Shown: positions 9,619-19,055 of the stretch, one piece after another | How positions within the stretch are numbered: the stretch's first letter is position 1 | Layout of the letters: each line of letters opens with the position of its first letter | Assembly (NCBI GenBank): GCA_049970055.1 | Contig: JBMFNR010000002.1 | Span: 564,406-628,405 of the forward strand | Direction: 5' to 3' | Source of the DNA: Fervidobacterium sp. | Lineage (GTDB): Bacteria > Thermotogota > Thermotogae > Thermotogales > Fervidobacteriaceae | Length of the DNA stretch: 64,000 bases | The notes under the pieces: generated by a model | Database searches by the model: none | What the model was told of the DNA's origin: nothing | Seen by the model: only the letters and a program-made list of their open reading frames with translations | Translations under genes and position numbers: made by a program

Positions 9619-10881
9619 TCAAAGCTTTATTGATTTCAATTCTTCAGCAAATTCCGATGCTTTTATTCTTACGTTATTTATCGCCTCTTCTAGTTGCTCA
9701 ATTCCCGCGTAAAGTTCCTCGACAGATTCTTGCACTGCACGGGAAACTCTCGCAACTTTGTCTGAGTTTTGAGTAGACGCGTTAACGACCTGATTAATCA
9801 CATTCAAAGAATCCCTGACATAATTAACTTCCTTAGAGATTTTTTCAGTTATTAGTACAGTGGCTGCAACAACTTTTTCGACATCTTTGAGTGAATCTTT
9901 CGATTCTTTGGCAAGTGTTCTTGTTGATGCTGAAAGTTCCATAATCATTTCTGCTATCCTTGAGAGCCCGTCTTTATCTATTGTTTCCTTGCTTGTCTCA
10001 ATGGAGGCGTTGATAGCCAATACTGTGATATTATCGGATACTTCTGTTATCTTCTCAGCAATTCCACTAAGGGATTCTATCGTACTTGTTAGTTCTGAAA
10101 CCGAATGTGTTATTTCTTCGATAGTATTAGTAAAATCTCTTATTCTATTGAGCGTAGTTTCAACTTCTGCCCTACTTTCTTCAAAATATGCGGCAAGTTC
10201 TTCCACAGCTTTATTCAATTCCAAAGATGCCTCTTCGGTATTATGAGCGACAGATTTGATCTCTTCAGCTGAAGAAGCAGTGGATACAATATTTTCAAAA
10301 ACTGTGTTCAGTAATTCTGTGGCTGCTTTGTACTGATTTTTTGTTGGGTTTATAAGGAATTCTCCAAATATATACCCGATTATCAATGAAACGATAACAG
10401 ATAACGGTATAAAAAATCGGAGCATAAATGAATTGAGTTTTTTCAAGTCGGCGAAAAGTTCATCTTCACGAGCCGCGTGTACCACAAATTTATCACCATC
10501 AAATGCAAATGCAACATATCTTTTAGTACCTTCGTAATTGTACGAATATATTCCTGTCTTCACTTTGAGCATATATTCGAAAAGTCCAGGGACAGTGGTT
10601 TTAACATCAATTCCAATTTTTGTATTATCTTGGTGCATTAACGTTATGCCGTCATCCGATATCACGTAATAGTAACCTACCTCTGGTTGGATTTTGTCGA
10701 TAAAATCGTAATATCTTATTCGGGACAATACCTTTACCTCGCTTAAGAAACTTTTCAATGCAACGTTCTTAATCGTATCGATTGATTTAGGCAGCATTAT
10801 AAAAAATACAAAAATGGTGAGTGTGCCAAATATCAAAATAGCACTTATAATAGAATACTTCCAACTAAGCTTCATGATCAT
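9619..10881 (-). CDS. Methyl-accepting chemotaxis protein (divergent)
   Basis: Two TMs flanking a Cache-like domain; heptad coiled coil with VLAINASIE tip motif. Confidence 0.85.
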   Translation of the reverse strand: MIMKLSWKYSIISAILIFGTLTIFVFFIMLPKSIDTIKNVALKSFLSEVKVLSRIRYYDFIDKIQPEVGYYYVISDDGITLMHQDNTKIGIDVKTTVPGLFEYMLKVKTGIYSYNYEGTKRYVAFAFDGDKFVVHAAREDELFADLKKLNSFMLRFFIPLSVIVSLIIGYIFGEFLINPTKNQYKAATELLNTVFENIVSTASSAEEIKSVAHNTEEASLELNKAVEELAAYFEESRAEVETTLNRIRDFTNTIEEITHSVSELTSTIESLSGIAEKITEVSDNITVLAINASIETSKETIDKDGLSRIAEMIMELSASTRTLAKESKDSLKDVEKVVAATVLITEKISKEVNYVRDSLNVINQVVNASTQNSDKVARVSRAVQESVEELYAGIEQLEEAINNVRIKASEFAEELKSIKL

Positions 10882-12206
10882 TTTCCTCCCTCTTCAAATT
10901 TTTCGAATATTTCACCCACGGTTTCCCCATTCCATTCAAAAAGTATGTGATCAAATTCAACTGCAAGAGATAAATTCTCCAACGAATGTTTTACCTTCCT
11001 CAAAATATCTTCTTTTTCATTTTCTGCCTTCGAGATTTTTGAGCCTATGAAAATGCATGCAAATTCATTAGTAGAAATTCTCCCAGCAAGGTCTGGGACT
11101 TTTTCCAGTAGTACATCTGAGGTAATTTTTAAGATATTACTCACAATTTTTTCTCCACTCAAAGCACTTATTTCTCTTAAGTTCCTGATTTTCAATTTAA
11201 GAAAACTTAGAGGAATATTGTTTCTCAGAGCAAAATCAATGGCATATTCAACACGCGTTCTGAAGTATGTTTCATTGTACAGCCCTGTCACTTCGTCTAT
11301 TTCTCTCCCGATCGAGAGATTTCTGTAATCGTTTAGAATTTGAAAAAGTGTGCTCAGTGGTTCATTTATCATCGAGAGAATGTTTTGGGCCATATCTGAA
11401 ATAGCACCGTGTTCTAATACCACAAAGCCGATAGGCTCTCTTTTTTTATATATGATTTCCATTATAAAGTCATCGTCACATGATCTATTCCCGTCAAAGT
11501 ATGATACTACGTTGGAATAATATTTCACGCCTGCAAAGTCTACGATTAATTTGTGTACTTCTTCTGGTGAAGCAAGATTTTTTCCGAATCCGTAAAGTCT
11601 TATCTCTGAAAGTGAAGACAAAGCTATGTAACAAGATTCAAATTCAAACAATTCTTTCAATAACTCAAACAATTTTCTCATCACAAGTTGTTCATCATAT
11701 AAATACTCGGAATAGCTTATTATTTCCCTGACCAACGTTGACTCTTTCAGACTTTCTTCAATTATATCGACTAATTCACAGTACGGTTCTGTATGACTCT
11801 TGTAAATTTCTCTTGACCATTCAAAAGAGAATGGCTCTTCTACAAATCGTATTATTTCACGCTCCAATTCGTCTTGTGGAAGAGTTTTCTTCAGAAAATA
11901 ATTGACGCCACTCTTTTTTGCCCAAAAGGAATTAACGGTTTCTTCAGCACCTGTGAGCATTAATATTCCCACATTTTTTGTTGCAGTATAACTTCTTATA
12001 AATCTTGTGAAGTGGATTCCGTTGAGTTTTGGCATCACATAATCAACGATAACAACATCGGGAAGGAAAGAAAAAAACTTGTTTATACCATCAAGTCCAT
12101 CTTTTGCTACTTCAGTACTGTGTCCATTGCTTTCTATAAGGTTTTTTAAAAAATTCCGCCAGACTGCAGAATCATCTACGATTAATACCTTTTTCACTAT
12201 GATCAC
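10878..12206 (-). CDS. Response regulator with degenerate GGDEF domain
   Basis: REC: LIVDDS, VDYVMP, LTG; C-terminal DEVTGLYN but GRISTNEF in place of RxGGDEF. Confidence 0.85.
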   Translation of the reverse strand: MIIVKKVLIVDDSAVWRNFLKNLIESNGHSTEVAKDGLDGINKFFSFLPDVVIVDYVMPKLNGIHFTRFIRSYTATKNVGILMLTGAEETVNSFWAKKSGVNYFLKKTLPQDELEREIIRFVEEPFSFEWSREIYKSHTEPYCELVDIIEESLKESTLVREIISYSEYLYDEQLVMRKLFELLKELFEFESCYIALSSLSEIRLYGFGKNLASPEEVHKLIVDFAGVKYYSNVVSYFDGNRSCDDDFIMEIIYKKREPIGFVVLEHGAISDMAQNILSMINEPLSTLFQILNDYRNLSIGREIDEVTGLYNETYFRTRVEYAIDFALRNNIPLSFLKLKIRNLREISALSGEKIVSNILKITSDVLLEKVPDLAGRISTNEFACIFIGSKISKAENEKEDILRKVKHSLENLSLAVEFDHILFEWNGETVGEIFEKFEEGGK

Positions 12207-12775
12207 TCCCCATTCTTGACCATATTATTTATACCAATGATTATCTCTTTGATCTTTTCGTGTTCCATTTTTTCGTATCTTGATTCAAGTTCTTTTGCAA
12301 TATTTTCTGGAAGGTAAGGAAATTGTGGTTTTTTCTCTATTATAAATCTAACCCATTTCGATTTTAATTTCTTTGCGTAATCTTTTCCATCATCACCAAG
12401 TCCGCCGAGAACTATAATCGTCACATTATTATCTGCAAATTTAACAAGGGATTCAAATAACTTCGATATTGATGGGTGGACTTTATATTCGGAATCTACA
12501 GAATTAACGATGTTTTCTGTTACGAAAACGATATCTTTGCCACCTTGTGGTAGATAAATTCCTTGTGTCAATTCCATCGGTGCTTTGACAATATAAACAG
12601 GGTGCATCGTTTCTGAAACTATGTGGTTTGCATATGTTTCCATAACATTGCCTGAAAAATGGATACAAATTATTACTGGAATATAAAGTTCTTGTTTTAC
12701 CTTTAACAGTTCAATCGCAATGTTTGGACTTCCGGCCGAACCTACTATTATTACTTTTGGCTTTTTCATCTTCAT
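12203..12775 (-). CDS. cheB: CheB-type methylesterase domain without receiver domain
   Basis: GSAGSP (cf. ASTGGP), IHF, HPSIS.LF.S, VLGGLGDDG, LPENI. Confidence 0.78.
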   Translation of the reverse strand: MKMKKPKVIIVGSAGSPNIAIELLKVKQELYIPVIICIHFSGNVMETYANHIVSETMHPVYIVKAPMELTQGIYLPQGGKDIVFVTENIVNSVDSEYKVHPSISKLFESLVKFADNNVTIIVLGGLGDDGKDYAKKLKSKWVRFIIEKKPQFPYLPENIAKELESRYEKMEHEKIKEIIIGINNMVKNGE

Positions 12776-12786
12776 ACCCTACCCTA

Positions 12787-14541
12787 TTATTCGATGAGTT
12801 TTTCTATTAGTTTTATCAATCTTTCTAGCGGTTCTTCTTTTGATACGTAACCGTCAGCCCCAACTTCAAGCCCTTTTGCGAGTTGCTCTCTTGAGAGTGT
12901 GCTGAAAAGCACAACTGGTAGATTATTTTTTATTTTTTTAATCCTCCTTGTGGTTTCAAATCCGTCTATATCTGGCATCTCAATATCGCATAACACGATA
13001 TCAAAGTTACCTTTTTCAACGTATTCTACAGCTTCTAAGCCACCTTTTGCCTCTACAACAATGTAACCAAATGTAGCCAGGAACTTTGAAACAACATTTC
13101 TTGTGACAATGGAATCATCAACTAGTAATATTTTAACCTGTTTAGATTGCTTTGTTTCCGTTTGTCTAAAGGACTCAACATCTATTACTGGTAAGGGGTA
13201 AATAAAAATATTTTTTACAAACCCTTTTATGTCTTTGTATTTTTCGCCGCTAATCTGACCATCAAAAATCCCTAGGATATTGTCAATGAGTAATGCATTA
13301 TGCTTTCTTGTTACAATGGCAAATCTTGATTTTTTGGATTTATAAATGATATCGCATATTCTATCTTTGTGCCTAACCTGTCCGTTTATCTCCTTAGGCC
13401 TCGAAAGTACTTCTAAAATATCCGAAGTATCGACACAAAATTGCTGATCATCCGCCTCAATTACAAGAACTTTCGTGAGAAATGTTTTCACTGGGAAGTG
13501 TATAATAAATCTAGTACCTTTACTAGAACTGGTTACAAACTCAACATCTCCACCTTTCGCCATTGCGAAATTCTTAACGGCGTCCAATCCAACGCCTCTT
13601 CCAGATGTACCGTCCGCTTGCTCCTTTGTTGAAAATCCGGGAACAAAAATCACGTCTTCTGGCCTCAGATGGCCAAGATTCATTTGTAAAGCCCTTCCCC
13701 TCACCTTCTCAAAATCTATACCCTTTCCATCATCTTCTACTTCCAAAAACAATTCGTTGTTTAGTACATAACTTCTTAACGTGATAGTTCCAACTTCCTT
13801 TTTTCCAAGGTTTTTCCTTTGTTCGGGAAGTTCAATTCCATGAGCTATGGCATTTCTAACGAGGTGTACCAGCATGTCAACAAGCGCCTGAGAATCTTTC
13901 TTTTCTACCAATTCATTTCCTACCTCGAGAACTAAGCGAACCTTCTTTTTCTCATTACTTGCTTCTTGAAGAACAAGGGTATCAAAGTTTGATAGTAAGT
14001 CGCTTAGTTTTACGTAGTACAGGTTCTGTATTTCATTCACAAGTTTTTGTTTAGCAGTCCTAATGACTCTAAGTGCACTATTTATATCGCTACGCATCAA
14101 GCTATTTTCCGTAATCAGTGCCATAGATAAGAATTCCTGAAGATCCTGTAAAGATAATCCATAATTAGCCTGCGAAATGATCTTAGACTCAACTCGTTTC
14201 TTTCCCTCAAGTTTATCGATTAGATCATTTACTTCCTCTTCTGAAAGATCTGTTGATCGTTCTAGAAGAGGTGGAATTGTGGATAACAGACGAGTTAGAA
14301 GTTCATCCGATAAATCTTTCTGCCCTGACAAAAAATTCTTGAAGTATTCTTCAATTTTGTGAAATACATCTTTGTAACCGGTAAGCCCAACTAAGCTTGC
14401 GGAACCTTTTATAGTATGAAAAAGCCTGTATATATTGTTTATTAGGGTTAAATCTTTCGTTTGCAGAAAAGACTTTATATTTTCAGTAGCTTCCATACCT
14501 TTTTCACGCAACTCTTCGAAAAACACTTCAAGAAAATCCAT
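12787..14541 (-). CDS. cheA: Hybrid CheA-like histidine kinase (Hpt-HATPase-CheW-REC)
   Basis: RLFHTIKGSA, HLVRNAIAHGIE, EDDGKG, PGFST, SGRGVGLD; C-terminal REC LLVDDS..DIEMP. Confidence 0.93.
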   Translation of the reverse strand: MDFLEVFFEELREKGMEATENIKSFLQTKDLTLINNIYRLFHTIKGSASLVGLTGYKDVFHKIEEYFKNFLSGQKDLSDELLTRLLSTIPPLLERSTDLSEEEVNDLIDKLEGKKRVESKIISQANYGLSLQDLQEFLSMALITENSLMRSDINSALRVIRTAKQKLVNEIQNLYYVKLSDLLSNFDTLVLQEASNEKKKVRLVLEVGNELVEKKDSQALVDMLVHLVRNAIAHGIELPEQRKNLGKKEVGTITLRSYVLNNELFLEVEDDGKGIDFEKVRGRALQMNLGHLRPEDVIFVPGFSTKEQADGTSGRGVGLDAVKNFAMAKGGDVEFVTSSSKGTRFIIHFPVKTFLTKVLVIEADDQQFCVDTSDILEVLSRPKEINGQVRHKDRICDIIYKSKKSRFAIVTRKHNALLIDNILGIFDGQISGEKYKDIKGFVKNIFIYPLPVIDVESFRQTETKQSKQVKILLVDDSIVTRNVVSKFLATFGYIVVEAKGGLEAVEYVEKGNFDIVLCDIEMPDIDGFETTRRIKKIKNNLPVVLFSTLSREQLAKGLEVGADGYVSKEEPLERLIKLIEKLIE

Positions 14542-14561
14542 ACTCTTAGCTCCCTATCTTT

Positions 14562-15317
14562 TTATTCTAATATCTCAAAAATCCCAAGTTCTGTTTCAAG
14601 CCACTTCTTTCCATTTTTTTCGCTTAGCAGTACGCTTCCAGAAACAATGTTAACCTTTGCAGTTTGATACGCAATGTTTTCAGAAATGACAACAAATTTT
14701 CCTTCATCTAGTTTTTTAACAGGCAGTATCTTTTTGTATTCTACAAAGCCATCACTATCTGAGCTTTTAAACGGTGTCACCAGATTAGATTGGAGTATTG
14801 TTTTCACTTTTTCCTTGCTTATAGCGTACTTGTCCCCAATGATTAAAAAGCTGAGCTGATCGATACCTTTGATAGCACTTTTAATTATCATATTTTCATA
14901 CGTTGTAGATTTGACTTTTGCTTCCGATGGTATCTGGACACTTGTCGTGTTGTAAATGTAGAAAATATCACCTTTACACTGAATTATTCCGACATATTCT
15001 GAAAGATGTTCAAAACACGTACCTGTATCAAATGGTACAGAACTGGATATTTCAATAACCTCCCCTTCCCACTCGCCTATTATTCTTGTAACGCCAAAAG
15101 CATACTGTGTTAACACGAGAAAATATTTCAGAACAGGCATCGGTAATTTTGAGTGTGAAACAACAGGATACAAGTAATTACCATGTTGAGTGAACCCAAG
15201 TATCTGATTTGAAGGACCCGGGAAAAAGCTCGTACTTACACCACGCACAAGTGCCGTTTCTATAGCAATCTTAACTATTCCATTTTCATGTTCGATTTCA
15301 CACAGGTAAAACTTCAT
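14562..15317 (-). CDS. Divergent CheW-like coupling protein (possibly two degenerate CheW domains)
   Basis: PGPSNQILGFTQHGNYLYPVV resembles the CheW P...ilGv.n.rG.iipv motif; second similar segment VTPF..DGFVEY..ILPV; position between cheR and cheA. Confidence 0.55.
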   Translation of the reverse strand: MKFYLCEIEHENGIVKIAIETALVRGVSTSFFPGPSNQILGFTQHGNYLYPVVSHSKLPMPVLKYFLVLTQYAFGVTRIIGEWEGEVIEISSSVPFDTGTCFEHLSEYVGIIQCKGDIFYIYNTTSVQIPSEAKVKSTTYENMIIKSAIKGIDQLSFLIIGDKYAISKEKVKTILQSNLVTPFKSSDSDGFVEYKKILPVKKLDEGKFVVISENIAYQTAKVNIVSGSVLLSEKNGKKWLETELGIFEILE

Positions 15318-15343
15318 ATCAACACCTCGCTCATTTTAAGAAC

Positions 15344-16450
15344 TTATCGAAAGCCTAACATATTATCCAGATAATGTTTTATTTGCCATGCTTCCTCATC
15401 GTAGTGATTTAAAAATAGAGACTTCTTAATCGATTCCTTTGCCTGCATGATTTTTGCTAATTCTATCTCTACCAGCGCTTTGTATTTCCAAACTAAATGT
15501 TCAGTTGGGTATTTTGATGAAAGTGATTTTACTTTTTCATATGCCAAGTCATACATTTTTCTCTCTATCAAATGTTCCACTACTTTTATCTCATTTTCAA
15601 ACGTTGGGATAAATAAGACATTTTCTATTTTTTTACATTCCTTCTGGACTATCTGCTTCTTTTGAATTTCTTGTATTTTTTGAATTTCTTGTATTTTGTG
15701 CTTTTCTTTATTAATATCAGTAAAGCTGCGCTTTTTCAATATAGCGCCGTTATCATCGTAGACAGGTTCTAAATGTTTGTAAAGTTCTGGAAAATATTCA
15801 CCTATTCCAATTATTAAGTACCCGTTATCGTTTAGTAACCTTAGAACACTGTGGAGTGTTTCTTCTATTCTATCTAAGTATATGAGTACTCTCCTTAGGA
15901 AGATTATATCAAATTTTCTTCCATCTAGTTCAAAACAATTGTTAATATTACACACTAAAAACGATACATTAACTTTGTACTCATTTTTGATGCAATATCT
16001 TTCATTCACCTTCACAAAATACTTATCTATATCTTTCTCTGGAAGGAATCTTAAACTCCAGTACCTGTAGCAACCGTCCTTAGCTTCTTGTATTCTTTGA
16101 TGATTCATGTCTATGCCTAAGATGTTACATTTCACATTTAATTTCTTGGCTATTATGGACAGTGAATAAACCTCTTCTCCTCTCGAACATCCAACTGATA
16201 GTATATTCCATTCATTTTTTGTTTTCAGCAACTTTTCAAGTTTTTCAAACGTTTTTAAATCTCTGAAAAAGTAAGATTCACCTACGGTTAGGTTTTCAAT
16301 AACGAGCAGTTCGAAGAGTTCTTCTGTTAAGTCCTCCACGGGTAACTCTTTTATTCTGTTTAAAAATCTGTCTAGCCTGTCATCTTGTGTTTTCAGTCTA
16401 TGCTTTTGCAAGATAGTCAAAACACGCTCTTTGATGGATTCAAAATTCAT
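15344..16450 (-). CDS. cheR: CheR-type methyltransferase with C-terminal TPR-like domain (WspC-like)
   Basis: TVGESYFFRD, SVGCSRGEEVYSL, FDIIFLRRVLIY, GYLIIG..E; TPR-like tail; ATG 16450 with GGAGG. Confidence 0.88.
   Translation of the reverse strand: MNFESIKERVLTILQKHRLKTQDDRLDRFLNRIKELPVEDLTEELFELLVIENLTVGESYFFRDLKTFEKLEKLLKTKNEWNILSVGCSRGEEVYSLSIIAKKLNVKCNILGIDMNHQRIQEAKDGCYRYWSLRFLPEKDIDKYFVKVNERYCIKNEYKVNVSFLVCNINNCFELDGRKFDIIFLRRVLIYLDRIEETLHSVLRLLNDNGYLIIGIGEYFPELYKHLEPVYDDNGAILKKRSFTDINKEKHKIQEIQKIQEIQKKQIVQKECKKIENVLFIPTFENEIKVVEHLIERKMYDLAYEKVKSLSSKYPTEHLVWKYKALVEIELAKIMQAKESIKKSLFLNHYDEEAWQIKHYLDNMLGFR
15660..15695. repeat. 18-bp tandem duplication in the CheR-TPR linker (IQEIQK x2)
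   Basis: ttttgaatttcttgtatt repeated twice, in frame. Confidence 0.8.
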
Positions 16451-16549
16451 TGATATACCTCCAGGATATACTTCCAAATTTATTCCAATTTATTCCAGAT
16501 TTACTTTAGCTCTTCTCAGAGTAATATCAAACACTTCCAATGCGCACAC

Positions 16550-16578
16550 TTCATATTATAGCACTTTTATGCTATACT
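16550..16578. promoter_or_regulatory. Overlapping divergent extended -10 promoters forming an inverted repeat
   Basis: + strand TTCATA-N17-TATACT with TG; - strand TGCTATAAT; TATAGCA-N6-TGCTATA. Confidence 0.55.
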
Positions 16579-16623
16579 ACATAATGATTGATCAAGACTT
16601 GTTAGCGAAAGGATGTTAATGTC

Positions 16624-17145
16624 ATGGATGGAAGATTGAAGGTTGGGGTTATTGGATATTCTGGTAAAATCGACGAAGATCCAATATTGGGCCTTATCGA
16701 CATTTGTCTTAACCTTGGAAGAGAACTAGGTAAGAGGTATGTTGTTTTCACAGGTGGTCGAGATGGTATCATGGAGCTTGTGGCAAAAGGTGTCTCAGAA
16801 GTTGGTGGATTTAGTGTGGGGGTACTACCATGGGATGGTTCCGATTCAAACGAATACAATTCACTAGTGATAAGTACAGGCCTTGACTTTCAGATGCGTT
16901 CTTTCATACTCGTCAAGAGTGTCGATGCAGTTATTTCAATAGGTGGAGAAATTGGAACCGCTGTTGAGATTCTCGCCTCTTATGCAAATAAAAAACCCGT
17001 TATACTTCTGAGAGGAACAGGTGGGTGGACAGACAGAATTTCAAATGTTTTAATTGATGGAATGTACCTTGATAATAGGCGACTTGCTCCTGTTTACCAA
17101 GTTTGGAGTGTTGAAGAGGTTTTAAGGCTATTAGATAATTTTTAA
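16624..17145 (+). CDS. TIGR00725/LOG-family Rossmann-fold protein
   Basis: VFTGGRDGIME, VGVLP, TGLDFQMRS, GGEIGTAVE, GTGGW. Confidence 0.85.
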   Translation: MDGRLKVGVIGYSGKIDEDPILGLIDICLNLGRELGKRYVVFTGGRDGIMELVAKGVSEVGGFSVGVLPWDGSDSNEYNSLVISTGLDFQMRSFILVKSVDAVISIGGEIGTAVEILASYANKKPVILLRGTGGWTDRISNVLIDGMYLDNRRLAPVYQVWSVEEVLRLLDNF

Positions 17146-17167
17146 TATGATATGAGAGGATGGTATA

Positions 17168-18016
17168 ATGAAAAACCTTGCAAAGTATGTACCCGTTTTT
17201 GTGGTGACATTATTTTGGGGTGTATCGTTTGTTGCCACAAAATACGTTGTAGATGTGTTTAAACCATTCCCAGCAGCACTTTACAGATTTTCGATCGCTC
17301 TACTCATTCTCTTACCATTCGTCAAGAATAGAAAAATCAGAGATATCAACGCTTTTTGGGCTGGTTTTTGGGGGATAACGATGTATTTTGTCTTCGAGAA
17401 TACGGCGTTAATTTACACATCACCTACAAATGCAGCGGTAATAGTGTCAAGCGCACCGATATTATATGTGTTCTTTACCCATATATTTCACAAGGTAAGG
17501 ACTAACGTATTTCATTATTTAGGTTCAGCTCTTGCTTTCTTCGGAGTTGCGCTTGTAATACTAAATGGTAGAATTATGAAACTCAACCCTATTGGTGACA
17601 TATACGCGTTTGGTGCGGCGTTTTCTTGGGTAGCTTACACACATTATGTTATGAAAATGAAAAGTGACAATGGAATACAGCAAGTCTTTTCAATCACCTT
17701 CTGGGGTGTTGTAACACTCATTCCATTTTCCATTTTTCAAGATATGACTTTTCATTTCGAATTGAAAAGCTTTGTAAGCCTTATTTACCTTGGTATAATT
17801 TGTTCCGCAATTGGCTACTTTTTATGGAACAAGTCGATAACACTTATCGGTGATAGGAGGACAACGAATGCGATTTATTTCATACCTATGGTTACGATAT
17901 TTTCAGAGAACGTGATTATGAAGTCGAAGTTAACTATATACAATGTATTAGGGGTTCTATCACTAATAATGGGATTATATATTTTTGAAAGGGGAGAAGA
18001 ACATGGCGAGAAATGA
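17168..18016 (+). CDS. DMT/EamA family transporter
   Basis: FWGVSFVATK, ~10 TM, YLGIICSAIGYFLWN. Confidence 0.9.
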   Translation: MKNLAKYVPVFVVTLFWGVSFVATKYVVDVFKPFPAALYRFSIALLILLPFVKNRKIRDINAFWAGFWGITMYFVFENTALIYTSPTNAAVIVSSAPILYVFFTHIFHKVRTNVFHYLGSALAFFGVALVILNGRIMKLNPIGDIYAFGAAFSWVAYTHYVMKMKSDNGIQQVFSITFWGVVTLIPFSIFQDMTFHFELKSFVSLIYLGIICSAIGYFLWNKSITLIGDRRTTNAIYFIPMVTIFSENVIMKSKLTIYNVLGVLSLIMGLYIFERGEEHGEK

Positions 18017-19013
18017 TTTAGGTATCGACCTTGGCACGGCCAATTTCATAGTTTACCAGCAGGGGAAAGGTATAGTTTTGAATGAGCCATCAGTTGTTGC
18101 AATCGAGAGGAAAACAAACAAGATTCTTGCAATTGGAAGTGAAGCAAAGGAAATGCTTGGCAAAACTCCCGAAGATAAGATCTTAGCAGTTAAGCCCATG
18201 AGAGATGGTGTCATCGCAGACTATACAATTATATCAGAGGTTCTCAAATACTTCATGAAAAAGCTAAACAAAGGTTTGTTCTTCAAATGTAATATGGTTA
18301 TAGGTATCCCCACGAAGACTACAAGCGTTGAACAAAGAGCAGTGTACGATGCCGCACTTAGGGCAGGGGCTAAGAGAGTGCATATTGTTTTAGAGCCAAC
18401 AGCCGCTGCTATTGGAATTGGATTAGACGTGATGAAACCTATGGGGAACATGGTAATAGATATTGGTGGAGGTACAACAGATATTGCAGTTATAAGTCTT
18501 GGAGGTATTGTTGTTGGTGACTCTATAAAACTGGCTGGAAATGCACTCGATGAAGCTATTGTGAAAGGCATTAGGAGGACTTTTGGATTGATAATTGGGG
18601 AATCCACAGCAGAGGAGATAAAAATAAAGATAGGAAAAGTCCATCCTGACGTAGAAGATTTGGAATTGGAGATAAAAGGTAGAGATGCAGTAACAGGTTT
18701 ACCAAGAACTGAAGTGATAAATTCATCGGATGTTTATAGGATGGTTAAACCGGTTATAGATAATATTATATCGCGTGTTAAACTTGTACTTGAAAAAACT
18801 CCACCAGAACTTTCGGCAGATATTATTCAGCATGGCATAGTTTTAACAGGTGGCGGAGCACTGCTGAGAGGTATTGATAAGGCTATACAAGATGAGATTG
18901 GAGTACCTTGTAAAGTTGCTGACGAGCCACTTTTGTGTGTTGCAAAAGGTACGGGAAAACTTCTTGAAGATGAAGAGTTACTCAAACATGTAGCCGTTAC
19001 ATACGAAAAATAA
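18003..19013 (+). CDS. mreB: Rod shape-determining actin homologue MreB/Mbl
   Basis: GIDLGTAN, EPSVVA, DIGGGTTD, TGGGALL; ATG 18003. Confidence 0.96.
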   Translation: MARNDLGIDLGTANFIVYQQGKGIVLNEPSVVAIERKTNKILAIGSEAKEMLGKTPEDKILAVKPMRDGVIADYTIISEVLKYFMKKLNKGLFFKCNMVIGIPTKTTSVEQRAVYDAALRAGAKRVHIVLEPTAAAIGIGLDVMKPMGNMVIDIGGGTTDIAVISLGGIVVGDSIKLAGNALDEAIVKGIRRTFGLIIGESTAEEIKIKIGKVHPDVEDLELEIKGRDAVTGLPRTEVINSSDVYRMVKPVIDNIISRVKLVLEKTPPELSADIIQHGIVLTGGGALLRGIDKAIQDEIGVPCKVADEPLLCVAKGTGKLLEDEELLKHVAVTYEK

Positions 19014-19055
19014 TTAAAAGCCTTTAAAAACCATTATATAAATCTTTACAGGAGT

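Noticed and set aside
18970..19055. Sigma-28 promoter before flgF (GCCGTTAC at 18993)
   Set aside because: No TAAA -35 at the proper spacing, and the site lies inside mreB coding sequence
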